Assembly (NCBI GenBank): GCA_050253075.1
Contig: JBFWJS010000001.1
Coordinates: forward strand, 640,001 to 704,000
From: Deferribacterales bacterium
GTDB lineage: Bacteria > Chrysiogenota > Deferribacteres > Deferribacterales > Geovibrionaceae
Reading direction: 5' to 3'
DNA length: 64,000 nt
Positions 30,825-40,563 of this stretch are shown piece after piece. The position numbers and the translations under genes are program-made. Within the stretch, counting starts at the first letter, position 1, and the number at the start of each line of letters is the position of its first letter. The notes under the pieces are model-generated. The model worked only from the letters and a program-made list of their open reading frames with translations. It searched no databases and was not told the DNA's origin.

Positions 30825-31859
30825 TTATTTGATGATTATATCGTAGGCCTGTTTTGCCGTGGCTCTGCCTATCTTCTGTGCGGGGATACCGTTTTCCAGA
30901 AGTTCGCTGAGGAGCGCACCGCTCTCAGACTCGGGTATTGCCATGAGCAGACCGCCTGATGTCTGCGGGTCGAAGAATACCATGTGGGCGTTGTCGCCCT
31001 TCTTTTCATAGAGGCATTTGCCTTCCAGATAATCCATGTTTGAATACGCACCTGCGGGGATGATGAAGTTCTTCGCATATTCGAATGCGCCCTCTAGGGT
31101 GTATGTAGCTTTGGAGTCTATCTCTATGGTGACGCCTGAGCCGGATGCCATTTCGTATGAGTGGCCTGCCATACCGAAGCCCGTGACGTCTGTACATGCG
31201 TGTACATTGTGCTTACGCATAATGCGTGAAGCAGTTCCGTTGCTCATGAGCATAACGTCTGTCACTGCGGCTATGTCTGCCTTAGACGCTTCCTGAGCTT
31301 TCAGCGCTGTCGATATCAGCCCGATGCCGAGGGGCTTTGTATATATGAGTACGTCCCCTTCCTTAGCGCCGACGTTTTTATATATCTTTCCGTCTGTTAT
31401 CTTACCTGTTATGGAGAAGCCGAGCTTGATCTCAGGGTCGTCCACCGTGTGTCCGCCTGCGAGGGCACAGCCCGCTTTATTGAACTCGTCCACTGCTCCC
31501 TGCAGCATTTCTCTGATGACATCACCGCCTATGGAGCAGTTATACAGCAGGACGCTGAGGGCTGTGACAGGGTCTCCGCCCATTGCGTAGACGTCGCTTA
31601 TAGAATTGAGCGCAGAGATACGGCCAAAGCTGTACGGGTCGTCCACCACAGGGGTGATGAAGTCCACCGTCTGGACAAGGTAAAGCCCGTTGCCCATATC
31701 GAACACACCTGCATCGTCACCGGTCTCAAAGCCGACAAGCAGCTCGTCCGGTCTGTTGATCTTCAGGCCATGAAGTGTTTCTGCGAGGTCCGCCGGACCC
31801 ATCTTAGCGGCTCAGCCGGCGGCTTTAGCGTATGAGGTCAGCGGTCTATTTGTTCTCAT
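30825..31859 (-). CDS. selD: Selenide, water dikinase (Sec-containing)
   Basis: ATG 31859; ...KAAG-TGA(31814-31812)-AAKMGP; DDAGV, VDFITP, GGHTV, TDVTGFG, DPQTSGGLL; hairpin GGTCC-GGC-GGACC at 31787-31799. Confidence 0.95.
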
Positions 31860-31926
31860 TTCCACTCCGGATAAATTCATAAATTTTATGCTGTTACGGC
31901 AAAAAATTTATCAGACTCTAAAACAA

Positions 31927-31953
31927 AAGGGCGTACTAAGTGTAGTACGCCCT
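31927..31953 (-). terminator. Intrinsic terminator of the aminotransferase gene
   Basis: AGGGCGTACT...AGTACGCCCT stem with an A-tract on its left (T-tract on the minus strand). Confidence 0.6.
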
Positions 31954-31967
31954 GTCAGATTTATATT

Positions 31968-32036
31968 GTCATTGCGAGGAGCTAAGGGCGACGTGGCAGC
32001 CTTAGTCTAAGACTGCTTCGCTGTGCTCACAGTGAC
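31968..32036. repeat. REP-like palindromic element
   Basis: GTCATTGCGAGG...GCGACGTGGCAG...GACTGCTTCG...CTCACAGTGAC. Confidence 0.75.
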
Positions 32037-32041
32037 GTTTA

Positions 32042-33349
32042 TTATTTGCTAAGTTCGCCGCAAGCCTGATAGATGATTCTGAAAAGGTCATCTGTGTCGG
32101 CTTCGTCGAGGCAAGAGAAAGCAAGACGGAAGTCTGTCTTATTAACAGAGATACCGCCCACGCCGTATTTATCGAGGAGATAAACACGAAGCTCTTCTGC
32201 GTCGACTTTGAGCAGCTTAAGGCACATAAAGTAGCCTGAGTTGAAAGGATATGCAACGAACTGGTCGGAGAAGTCGTTCTCAGCCAGAACTCTTTTAAAG
32301 CTCTTCGCACGGCCTCTCATTATCTCAACCTTCGCAGCACGCTCAGCGTCGAACTCTGTGTTTTCCAGAGCACGGAGCATGATGGACTGTGAGCTGTGAG
32401 GACAGTTAGAGATTGTACCTCTGATGAGTCCTGTCACTTTCTTTTCCAGAGCTGCCATCATAGCAGACTGGTCAGAGCCGTTTGTAGCGCCGAATGTGAT
32501 GAAGCCTACACGGAGACCCCATACGAAGTGTTCTTTTGTGGAACCGTCGAGTTTAACAGCGAGAAGGTTGTCGCTTCTGCCTGCGAGCAGACCGAAAACT
32601 GACTCAGGGTAAACATCGTCTTCGTAAAAGAGACCGAAGTATGCGTCGTCTGTAACGGCAACAATTTTTGTTCCTGCTTCAGCGATCTCTACAAGTCCGT
32701 CTGCGATAGCTTTTGCTTCGGCTGTTGTCGGAGCGTAGCCTGACGGGTTGTTAGGGAAGTTGAGTATTACTACTATCTTTCCGTTGAGTGCTGCGGATTC
32801 GCGGCATTTTTCAAGGAGAGCTTCAACATCGAAGCCGCCCTGCTCGTTGAATGTATTGTATGTAGCTATCTCTGCTCCGCCCATGGTGGAGAATGTCAGC
32901 CTGTAGTTGCCCCAGAACATAGCAGGGAGCACAAGTGTGTCGCCTCTGTCGAGGAAAACGTCGCTCACGATCTTAAGACCGTGTGTCAGTGCGTTTGTGA
33001 CCACAGGGAGAGATATGCCTGCCTTCAGCGAAGGAGTGTCGTGCTTGATCTTCTCTTTCCATACTTTACGCAGCTCAGGCTTACCGGAGGACGGTGCGTA
33101 TGGGAAGATGTCTTTAGGCTCCATATCAGTAAAGCACTGGTAAACGCTGTCGAGGAACATTGGGCCGTTCTTATCCGTAGCAATACCGATAGTGACATTA
33201 TATTTATGAGCTTTTTCTTTAGCTTCTGCAGATTGTGTAATTATGCCTTTAGGCATAAACAGGTTCTTACCCAGGTCTGAAAGCATGTCCAGAACAGCAG
33301 GGTTGTCTTTTGCAATAATCTCGTTTAGCTCTTTCGCTAATGCATTCAC
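32042..33349 (-). CDS. Class I/II PLP-dependent aminotransferase
   Basis: NFPNNPSG, DDAYFG, STKEHF.WGLRVG; GGAGG RBS before GTG. Confidence 0.9.
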   Translation of the reverse strand: MNALAKELNEIIAKDNPAVLDMLSDLGKNLFMPKGIITQSAEAKEKAHKYNVTIGIATDKNGPMFLDSVYQCFTDMEPKDIFPYAPSSGKPELRKVWKEKIKHDTPSLKAGISLPVVTNALTHGLKIVSDVFLDRGDTLVLPAMFWGNYRLTFSTMGGAEIATYNTFNEQGGFDVEALLEKCRESAALNGKIVVILNFPNNPSGYAPTTAEAKAIADGLVEIAEAGTKIVAVTDDAYFGLFYEDDVYPESVFGLLAGRSDNLLAVKLDGSTKEHFVWGLRVGFITFGATNGSDQSAMMAALEKKVTGLIRGTISNCPHSSQSIMLRALENTEFDAERAAKVEIMRGRAKSFKRVLAENDFSDQFVAYPFNSGYFMCLKLLKVDAEELRVYLLDKYGVGGISVNKTDFRLAFSCLDEADTDDLFRIIYQACGELSK

Positions 33350-33562
33350 AATGCACCTCCATTTAAAAAGGCAAAAGTACCCTATTAATAGAACAATGGC
33401 ATAGCCTTGTCTATAGAAATTTCCTGTGTATGAAAGGTATAATGATGTTATTATCGGTAATAGGCATGATAAATATATGACTTGAAATTAATTTTTAAGG
33501 AGCAGATATTATTAGCCTATGATATCAGGTATAAAAGTTTTTCATAGTATAAGGAGGTTATA

Positions 33563-34072
33563 ATGAATTTTGCACTGATCGGCGCACTCAAGACAGCATA
33601 CGAGGCTGAAAAAGAGGGGATGCGCTCTTACCTTAAATTCGCTAAAGAAACAAATGTGGCAGGCGGAAAGGATATGTTTATCCAACTCGCCCTCGACGAA
33701 GTAGACCACATGGAGATCATCCAGAAATTCATGGAAAAAACTCTCACAGGCGAGACATTCACTACTGTAGAAGTTCCCGCAGGCAGACTTTCTAAAATTA
33801 TGCCTAATGTTCAGGATGCTTCCCGTCAGAAGATAGACAAAGCGAGCGTCTCCGATGAGCAGGCTCTTAAGATCGCTATGGAGCAGGAAATCAAAGCGAA
33901 GGACTTCTACCTCGCTGAAGCTGCAAAGGCGGAAGATGCTGCTGTTAAAGAGATGTTTGAGAAACTCGCAGGCGTAGAGCAGAAGCACTACGACATCCTT
34001 AAGGCCGAGCTGGACTTCATGGCTGAGGACGGTTTCTGGTTTGATGCGATGGAGTTTTCCCTCGAAAAATAA
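33563..34072 (+). CDS. Rubrerythrin/ferritin-like protein
   Basis: Two E...ExxH di-iron repeats (DEVDH, VEQKH). Confidence 0.85.
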   Translation: MNFALIGALKTAYEAEKEGMRSYLKFAKETNVAGGKDMFIQLALDEVDHMEIIQKFMEKTLTGETFTTVEVPAGRLSKIMPNVQDASRQKIDKASVSDEQALKIAMEQEIKAKDFYLAEAAKAEDAAVKEMFEKLAGVEQKHYDILKAELDFMAEDGFWFDAMEFSLEK

Positions 34073-34097
34073 TTTCGAAAAATTCTTTGATAAGTTG

Positions 34098-34126
34098 TTG
34101 ACAAAGGCGGAGAGTATTGATATATT
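34098..34126 (+). promoter_or_regulatory. sigma70 promoter of tRNA-Asn
   Basis: TTGACA-N17-TATATT. Confidence 0.75.
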
Positions 34127-34145
34127 CTCCGTCTGTTACAGATAA

Positions 34146-34218
34146 TCCCCGATAGCTCAATCGGCAGAGCAATTGACTGTTAATCAATAGGTTGCTGGTT
34201 CAAGTCCAGCTCGGGGAG
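34146..34218 (+). tRNA. tRNA-Asn (GTT), CCA not encoded
   Basis: Cloverleaf TCCCCGA/TCGGGGA; anticodon arm ATTGA-CTGTTAA-TCAAT; T-loop GGTTCAAGTCC. Confidence 0.97.
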
Positions 34219-34221
34219 TTT
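34173..34221 (+). repeat. attL (3' part of tRNA-Asn)
   Basis: TTGACTGTTAATCAATAGGTTGCTGGTTCAAGTCCAGCTCGGGGAGTTT; 47/49 identical to attR. Confidence 0.92.
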
Positions 34222-34222
34222 T

Positions 34223-34251
34223 AAAAGCCCTTCATTACGAAGGGCTTTTTT
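34223..34251 (+). terminator. Island-supplied tRNA terminator
   Basis: AAAAGCCCTTC-ATTAC-GAAGGGCTTTTTT. Confidence 0.8.
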
Positions 34252-34325
34252 ATTTTGTGCAGTGTCTCGGATTTTATCAAAAAATTTCATGTCAGCACTA
34301 TGTAAGCAGTGTTTTTTTAACATTA

Positions 34326-34571
34326 TCATTTTGACCCCATCGCAATCATGCACATGAGCTGGCATTCCCTGAAAAGCAAGTTGCCTCCTGACTTGGTATG
34401 CGGAATCTTATCCTTACTGCTCCAGTTATAAATGGTCTGCGGAGCCTTCCCTAATAATCTTGCCGCATCTTCAGTTTTCAGCATGTTCTTTTCCATATTC
34501 TTATACGGACACACTGAATTGGAACGGTAAATACATTTATCGCAATGGTGTAAAAGTGTCTCACTTTTCAT
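34326..34571 (-). CDS. Excisionase-like HTH protein (HTH_17/AlpA type)
   Basis: MLKTEDAARLLGKAPQTIYNW...IPHTKSGGNLLF; GGAGG RBS; next to attL. Confidence 0.75.
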   Translation of the reverse strand: MKSETLLHHCDKCIYRSNSVCPYKNMEKNMLKTEDAARLLGKAPQTIYNWSSKDKIPHTKSGGNLLFRECQLMCMIAMGSK

Positions 34572-34807
34572 CTGTACTCGCCTCCTGTTAATAAAAGGCT
34601 ACTGATTTATTGAAAGTAAAAATGTGGTATTTTGGAATTTCAGTAACTTTTTTTGGCAGGAATATTTTTTTAATTTTATGCGGTTTATAGCTTAGAATGC
34701 TATATTTTGTATTTGTAACTGTCTGGTGTGTATTCGTAATCTAAGAATGTGGTTTTTTGGAGAAAGAGATGAAACGAAGTGCCCCCGTTATGAGGGCACA
34801 ATTATCT

Positions 34808-35833
34808 TTATTCTTTTCTTTCAAAATTCTGCTTTAAGAATTCATCAATACCTCTGTTCTCATCATTGATTTTTTCTTGAGGATTGATGTAGTGACCAGG
34901 GAGTAGGTGACTCTGATCAACAACTCCTTCTTTCGCAATTATGCTATATGCAGTTTTAAGCTCACCATACTTGTTTCTGAATTGTCGATGAACTTGAAAT
35001 TTGACGAAAAATGGGTTTGCGCTAGAGATACACTGCATTATTTGGTTGTCTGGTAGAAATGTACGTACGATTTTCGATAAAGTATAATTATCGACAAAGA
35101 CAAAATTACCACCATGATATGCACAATATGCATTCAGGTCGTATATTACTCCCATATCTTTACTGATGTCGGTAACTTTACCGTGCTCTTGTACATATTG
35201 CTGATAATAAGCTCCGTCATCCTGCTTTCTGGGATGTGATGTTGCCTTGCCGAAGATGAGACCGAATCTTGAGTCGAGGAACTCAACCAGAGGTTTGTCT
35301 TTATCATTTCCGATAGTTTTAAGCTGGTTTTTAGTCAATGCTGGTGGCTCTGCAACAGTTCCTGTCACATTGACAAAGAGTTTGTTATGAGATTTGCCAA
35401 CCTGAGCCTGAGAGCGTGCTCCAGTGACAACTGTATCTACTACGAATTCGTGTTTGCCTCCGGTGCAGAACCAATAGGTACTTTGATAATCCGCAGTTTT
35501 CTGAAGAGCCTGGCCAGTGAATGAGTCTGTAACTTTTGCGATTGTTTTACCGCCGGAAGCCTCGCATATGTTATGCAACTCTTTATTAACACGACCAAAC
35601 CAGTAGCCATCAGTAAGAATCGTTACAGTTCTGTCACCTAAGTTCAGGTAATCAACCGGGTGGCTTGCATACAAAAAGCCAACACTGTCTATATTTGCGA
35701 TTTTAGTCCTGAGTGTGTTCGGAGCGTGAGCCCCATCAGGTGATTTGTCATTATCAAGTATGGATAGATGAGTGCCTGTTGTAGCGCATCCCGCAAGTGT
35801 GAACACTAAAAATAAGATAATTAACCCTCTCAT
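34808..35833 (-). CDS. Hypothetical lipoprotein
   Basis: GGAGG RBS; lipobox LAGC; apparent internal duplication (C...GG...C...FVV/FFV). Confidence 0.75.
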   Translation of the reverse strand: MRGLIILFLVFTLAGCATTGTHLSILDNDKSPDGAHAPNTLRTKIANIDSVGFLYASHPVDYLNLGDRTVTILTDGYWFGRVNKELHNICEASGGKTIAKVTDSFTGQALQKTADYQSTYWFCTGGKHEFVVDTVVTGARSQAQVGKSHNKLFVNVTGTVAEPPALTKNQLKTIGNDKDKPLVEFLDSRFGLIFGKATSHPRKQDDGAYYQQYVQEHGKVTDISKDMGVIYDLNAYCAYHGGNFVFVDNYTLSKIVRTFLPDNQIMQCISSANPFFVKFQVHRQFRNKYGELKTAYSIIAKEGVVDQSHLLPGHYINPQEKINDENRGIDEFLKQNFERKE

Positions 35834-35962
35834 ATAGTCCTCCGTAAATAATTTGAGAACAAAATACCAATATCTATGATTTACCTCAAGGAAAATATTT
35901 ACCTATAGGGAAATGTAATCACAAATTAACTAGATGATAATCAGGCAATGTGAGGTTGCTTG

Positions 35963-36202
35963 ATGGATGAGTATCAGGGTTTCTTAAAGCGTGTTTCTGA
36001 CAATGTTAAGAAAATGAGGCTCGAACGTGGTAAAACCACCGAGGAGATAGCTTTTGAAGCTCTTGGGCATAGTTCTACAGCGTTCGTGAATCAGGCCGAA
36101 AACCTCAAAAACGGTAAACATTTTAATCTTAAACATCTGTATCTGCTGGCGAAGTATTATGATTGTACTGTCGAAGTCTTTTTGTCTGATACCGATATAT
36201 AA
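35963..36202 (+). CDS. XRE-family HTH regulator
   Basis: NVKKMRLERG...EIA...FVNQAEN...FNLKHL..LA. Confidence 0.75.
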   Translation: MDEYQGFLKRVSDNVKKMRLERGKTTEEIAFEALGHSSTAFVNQAENLKNGKHFNLKHLYLLAKYYDCTVEVFLSDTDI

Positions 36203-36495
36203 TGGATAGAAAATCAGTTTATTAATCTTAATCTTCATTTTTTTAATGTTCTCATTATTAATTTAGTCTTTAGATCTGTCAAACTGACAAGTCGTGCAAT
36301 CTTGCGCCATCTGCCACTTTGACAGATTCAGTTCACAGTAGAAATACCAGTCAAGATTCCTGTTCGTTTTCTGAGGCGTATTCAATGATTATATGAAATC
36401 AAGCTGAAGTTGTTTTTGTTAAGCAAATATATTGCTTTTTGCTTGTATTTTATTTATGTATAATATACAGTATATTTAGAAGGCAGGAGGTATAT

Positions 36496-36711
36496 ATGTC
36501 ATACAGAACAACAGTGCAGTGTCAGGCTTGCAGCAGTTTTGTGGTCCCAAAGCTGGATACTTATAATGGGCAGCCAGTGGCTACGCTTTGCCCGATTTGT
36601 GGGAATATAATCGAAGATTTTTCACCAGCCTGGGTAAAGTATATTCCGCATTTTATCGGCTTTATGCTTGCTGCTGCTTTTATATTTTGTGTTAAAGAAA
36701 CATATTTCTAA
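36496..36711 (+). CDS. Small zinc-ribbon membrane protein
   Basis: GGAGG RBS; CQAC...CPIC followed by one TM helix. Confidence 0.65.
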   Translation: MSYRTTVQCQACSSFVVPKLDTYNGQPVATLCPICGNIIEDFSPAWVKYIPHFIGFMLAAAFIFCVKETYF

Positions 36712-36721
36712 GGCTAGACTT

Positions 36722-36910
36722 ATGGATACTTATGAAGAAGCTGAGTTCGAAAGAAGGTCGAATAATTTGCAGAGCTTATCAAGGCTTGCTGAGATGCTGT
36801 GCAATACGCTGGAGCTATCCAAGGATCCTGCCGATATGGCAATAGATATGGAGAAGGCTCTTGAGAAAAGCCTCAAGAATCATGGTATAATAAATAATGA
36901 TAAGGAGTAA
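36722..36910 (+). CDS. Hypothetical protein
   Basis: ATG 11 nt after the previous stop; helical, charged. Confidence 0.5.
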   Translation: MDTYEEAEFERRSNNLQSLSRLAEMLCNTLELSKDPADMAIDMEKALEKSLKNHGIINNDKE

Positions 36911-36913
36911 AAA

Positions 36914-37015
36914 ATGACATACGGAACATTTATCGTCTCTTTAACAATTGGCATGACAATAATCGCCGTCAGTAGTGTGGTAATTGAACACAAAATCAAG
37001 AGCAGGAAGAATTAA
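36914..37015 (+). CDS. 33-aa single-TM peptide (not in ORF track)
   Basis: AAGGAG RBS; MTYGTFIVSLTIGMTIIAVSSVVIEHKIKSRKN. Confidence 0.5.
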   Translation: MTYGTFIVSLTIGMTIIAVSSVVIEHKIKSRKN

Positions 37016-37524
37016 TCTTCCTGCTCATATAGTATAGCTTCATTGAATTTCTGTTGTAGATAACCATGTGAGATTTTTGTCTTATGGTATTTGGCAATAT
37101 ATTCTGAGATCTCTCGCCAAGATAATCCCTCGCTGTAATACATATTTTTTATTTCATGAAACAAGGTCTCTTTAATCAGTCGTGCTTTCCTGCTATCCTT
37201 CTTGCCTCTGCCAGCTTTTATTCTCTCCATACGTAGCTTATGAAGCTTCAGGGCTTCCTCTTCATTGAGGGCATCTTTTGTTGCTTGCGCAGTCTCTACT
37301 CTCTTCATCGCTCTCAATGCCACTAAGTGCATGCCGTAGTAATACTCTGACGCTTTCTCTTTATCAAACCCGTCTTTGTTTTGTCTGGCCAGGTCTGTTT
37401 GCAGTTTAAATGACTCGATACGAATATTCTCAGGCAGCTTTGAATAGTATTTCACAAGAGAATTTGCCTCAGCGGTGCTGATTCCCGTTAGTTCCTTTAT
37501 ATATTCAGTATCGTATTTATACAT
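37012..37524 (-). CDS. Hypothetical basic protein with C-terminal HTH-like motif
   Basis: GLSWREISEYIAKYHKTKISHGYL; start uncertain (37524 or 37575). Confidence 0.65.
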   Translation of the reverse strand: MYKYDTEYIKELTGISTAEANSLVKYYSKLPENIRIESFKLQTDLARQNKDGFDKEKASEYYYGMHLVALRAMKRVETAQATKDALNEEEALKLHKLRMERIKAGRGKKDSRKARLIKETLFHEIKNMYYSEGLSWREISEYIAKYHKTKISHGYLQQKFNEAILYEQED

Positions 37525-37990
37525 GTTTACCAAGCCTTTAATAAAGTTCTTTTTGGATGGTCTTTCTGATGGCACATCTAATAGATCATCAACTTTTCGT
37601 TAATGTATATTATACATTATTGAGTCAAAATCAATACAATGTTATTATGCACTTATGAGAGGGAGCATAATACATCAGGTTCAGGAATTATTCAAGGAGT
37701 CCGATATTAACCGAATCGGCATGTAAAAGCAAACTTAGAAATCGAAAATACTGAGCATCTTACGGCAACATATACAAGCATACCTATCACTGCAAATACA
37801 GTTAAAGCTCCAGAACATCTTTTCGTTTGCTGGATTTGAGCCAGCTCTTTTGTCTCCGCTATTTATTGATTACCTGCTGATCTATATTAACCGCATAATT
37901 TTTCTATTATCTGGCATTTGAATCAAAAAACCACAAAAATACATTTTTATTTCTCCTACATTAAGTAAGAAAATATGAAGGAGATTGAAC

Positions 37991-38485
37991 ATGCATAAAA
38001 CCCTGACTCTGTATGAGATGACAATTAGGATGGAACATCTATATGACCTGCTTGAAGAGAACACAGACGAGATGCGTGACTTAGTTGATAACCAGAGTAA
38101 AAGATTAAAAAAGCACAGCCTTTATCTTGGGCTTAAATATTGTGTAAAAAGTAATCCTTGTTTACTTTGTCCACACAATTTCGAATGGCGTTATGTAAGA
38201 GAAGAATCATACATTAATCCTAAAACTGGACAGAGAAAAGGGATGGAGTTTGGCGTTCTAAAATTAAGCCCTTCAAGTCGAATAACAAAAAGGGAGCTTA
38301 GGATATATAGAGCTCTACATATGCGGGACATATTTAAAGAGCTTGATGATAAAAAAGACGCAATCATGAAAAGACGAAAAATCCTCACCAACGCTATGAA
38401 AGAAATTTCACAAGTCTTACAAAGTTACGAAACTGCACTAAGAAAAGAATACAAAAAAGAAGAAGGTGAAATCATTTTTGAATGA
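37991..38485 (+). CDS. Hypothetical basic protein with C-x4-CxxCPH motif
   Basis: AAGGAG RBS; CVKSNPCLLCPH; coiled-coil flanks. Confidence 0.65.
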   Translation: MHKTLTLYEMTIRMEHLYDLLEENTDEMRDLVDNQSKRLKKHSLYLGLKYCVKSNPCLLCPHNFEWRYVREESYINPKTGQRKGMEFGVLKLSPSSRITKRELRIYRALHMRDIFKELDDKKDAIMKRRKILTNAMKEISQVLQSYETALRKEYKKEEGEIIFE

Positions 38486-39353
38486 TAATCTTATATAGAT
38501 GTAAGAAAATGACTGGCTATTTGACACTCTAAATAGCCAGTTCACTTAATATTTCTTAATATTCTCAATAAAAAACTATCACATATAGCGTGACCCATTA
38601 TAGATTTTGGTAAACATAGGTGAGCATGCGTTGATAACGCCAAGAAGTACCACCTAATGTACCATTGTACTATGATGCAATATTGCATCAATCTGAACTA
38701 GAAAATTACTATAGAAAAATCATAAGACTCTGCAACACACTATGTAAATAAAATTGATCTCAAAAATCTGTGTAGCTAAAAGATAAGGCTTTTGCAGAAA
38801 TAAATTTGCAAATGTTATACAAAAATTGCGTATATGGATATTCTTTGCAAAAGTCTTTGCATTTGCTGGACATTCGTGTCGCTAAAATCAATAATTAATC
38901 TTTAAAAATGAATAGTTAATGGTGGTTGACGAAATGTAGAAATTGAGGAAGTTAGGCTCAAAGAACAAGTAGTAGTAAAAATAACTGCTTCAGTGGCAGT
39001 TTTATGGATGCTCCGGTTGCAGGAATCTGAGTTATGACAATCGGTGGGATTCTGACAGACGTGATAGATATGGCTATAGCGATGCGTAGCGACCCTCTGT
39101 TTAGTAAAATTAACCGGACTGTGAGCCTTTGGTGGGCTATCTGGTTAGTGTTGGCATTCCATTTTAGTGTTGGACGTTTTAGCGTTTATACGAACATTAT
39201 TCCCTTTGGCTATATTGCTGTCACCTTTGTTTCCGAGTTTATAATATGTATGCAGTCCGAGCAATTGGATATATGTAAACCTGTGATGTTATCTGTATTA
39301 GATTATGTAAAACAGATAATCATAATTAGATAATATGTGCTAGGTGTGTTTCG

Positions 39354-39596
39354 TCAAACATTGTACCTGAGTTTTTCCAGTATGATTTTTTCTATCTCCT
39401 CAGCATCAGGGTATCTTCTCTGTTCCAGCCTTGAGAAGGCTAATTTATCGTCAATATACACAGCGAACTCGCTTTTCTGCTGACCTGGTTTGATTTCTAT
39501 TATCGCGGAGTCCATTCTGTTTTTCAGTTCTGCGGCGAGACCCGCCGCCAGAGGCTGATGGCCTCAGGAAGGGCAGAATTCTATTATTACTTTCAT
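39354..39596 (-). CDS. Rdx (SelT/SelW/SelH) family selenoprotein, CxxU, 80 aa (not in ORF track)
   Basis: AAGGAG RBS; MKVIIEFCPS-TGA(39566-39564)-GHQPLAAGLAAEL...EFAVYIDDKLAFSR...RYPDAEEI; SECIS-like hairpin at 39532-39548. Confidence 0.88.
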
Positions 39597-39609
39597 GATT
39601 TACTCCTTG

Positions 39610-39942
39610 TTATTTATTTTTATCCCGAATGCAGCACTTCGCGGCAGGCTTTGTGTTTTCATAGGATTCATTTCTCAGCAGATTAATGATACCGACCGCA
39701 AGCTGGCTGTCACAGATAAAGTAGCATCTCTGTGAACCATCCTGAGTAAAATCAACGATGCCCGCATTGCGGAGAACTGTGAGATGCTGCGAAATATTTG
39801 ACTGTGAGAAAGGCAGTATGTCATGAATATCTGTAACACATTTTGTTCCATTATCCAGGAGCTCTATAACAATCTGGAGCCGAACAGGATGTCCCAGAGC
39901 TTTAAGAAGAGCAGACCAGTTTTTGTCAAATTTTACAGTCAC
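39610..39942 (-). CDS. ArsR/SmtB-family repressor
   Basis: LKALGHPVRLQI, KCVTDI, SQSNISQHL..LR.AG, C-terminal CC; GTG 39942 follows GGAG. Confidence 0.9.
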   Translation of the reverse strand: MTVKFDKNWSALLKALGHPVRLQIVIELLDNGTKCVTDIHDILPFSQSNISQHLTVLRNAGIVDFTQDGSQRCYFICDSQLAVGIINLLRNESYENTKPAAKCCIRDKNK

Positions 39943-39957
39943 AGCTGTCACTCCAGA

Positions 39958-39987
39958 TAATCATATTAGAATATTCTAATATGATTA
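39958..39987. promoter_or_regulatory. ArsR operator (perfect 30-bp palindrome)
   Basis: TAATCATATTAGAAT/ATTCTAATATGATTA; minus-strand TTGACA at 39996-40001. Confidence 0.75.
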
Positions 39988-40056
39988 AGGCTTATTGTCA
40001 AATATCTTTGCTATATTTATTACCCATTTACAAAAAGACGATTGTGTTACTTCTGC

Positions 40057-40439
40057 TCAGCAATCCATTTTAAAATAGCTTATTTTATCTCGTTTATCGT
40101 TTTCTGGCAAAAGTAAGTTTCTCTTCTTCAGTACCTTCTGCTGATGATGGTTCAGGAAAACTCCAGTGAATTCTTTTTTAATACTGGGGAAGATATGGCA
40201 TTTCTCTGCGGCCTCTCTGTTACATACGGTGATGACATAAATTATATCAGAGCCCCTGCTTGAAAAGATCGAAGACACTGTCTGTCTGCCTGAGATGTCT
40301 ATACCATCCTCTTGCATAACCTTTGCCACGTATGGATTCAGTGTGCTTTCTGCCTTAAACTTCTCTGGTGCAAATTGGTTCACTTCGTCATCTGACTTCT
40401 GGTACTGTTATGGATACAGGCAAAAAGAACTTTTTTCAC
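40057..40439 (-). pseudogene. arsC: Arsenate reductase (LMW-PTP type), frameshifted
   Basis: VKKVLFACIHNSTRSQM P-loop then a stop; later frames give LNPYVAKVMQEDGIDIS and YVITVC...EKC.IFP. Confidence 0.8.
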
Positions 40440-40563
40440 GATGCTCAACTTTCAAATGAAATGATTTTATAAAATGTTGTCTGCAATTGTAAAACAAAAT
40501 AATATTTTGATGATTGCCGGATCATGTTATAGTTATTTGACATTCGTGTGACTGAAGCGCTTG

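Noticed and set aside
38790..38870. Cluster of TTTGCA/TGCAAA words as iterons or operators
   Set aside because: Irregular spacing in very AT-rich DNA with no intact associated gene.
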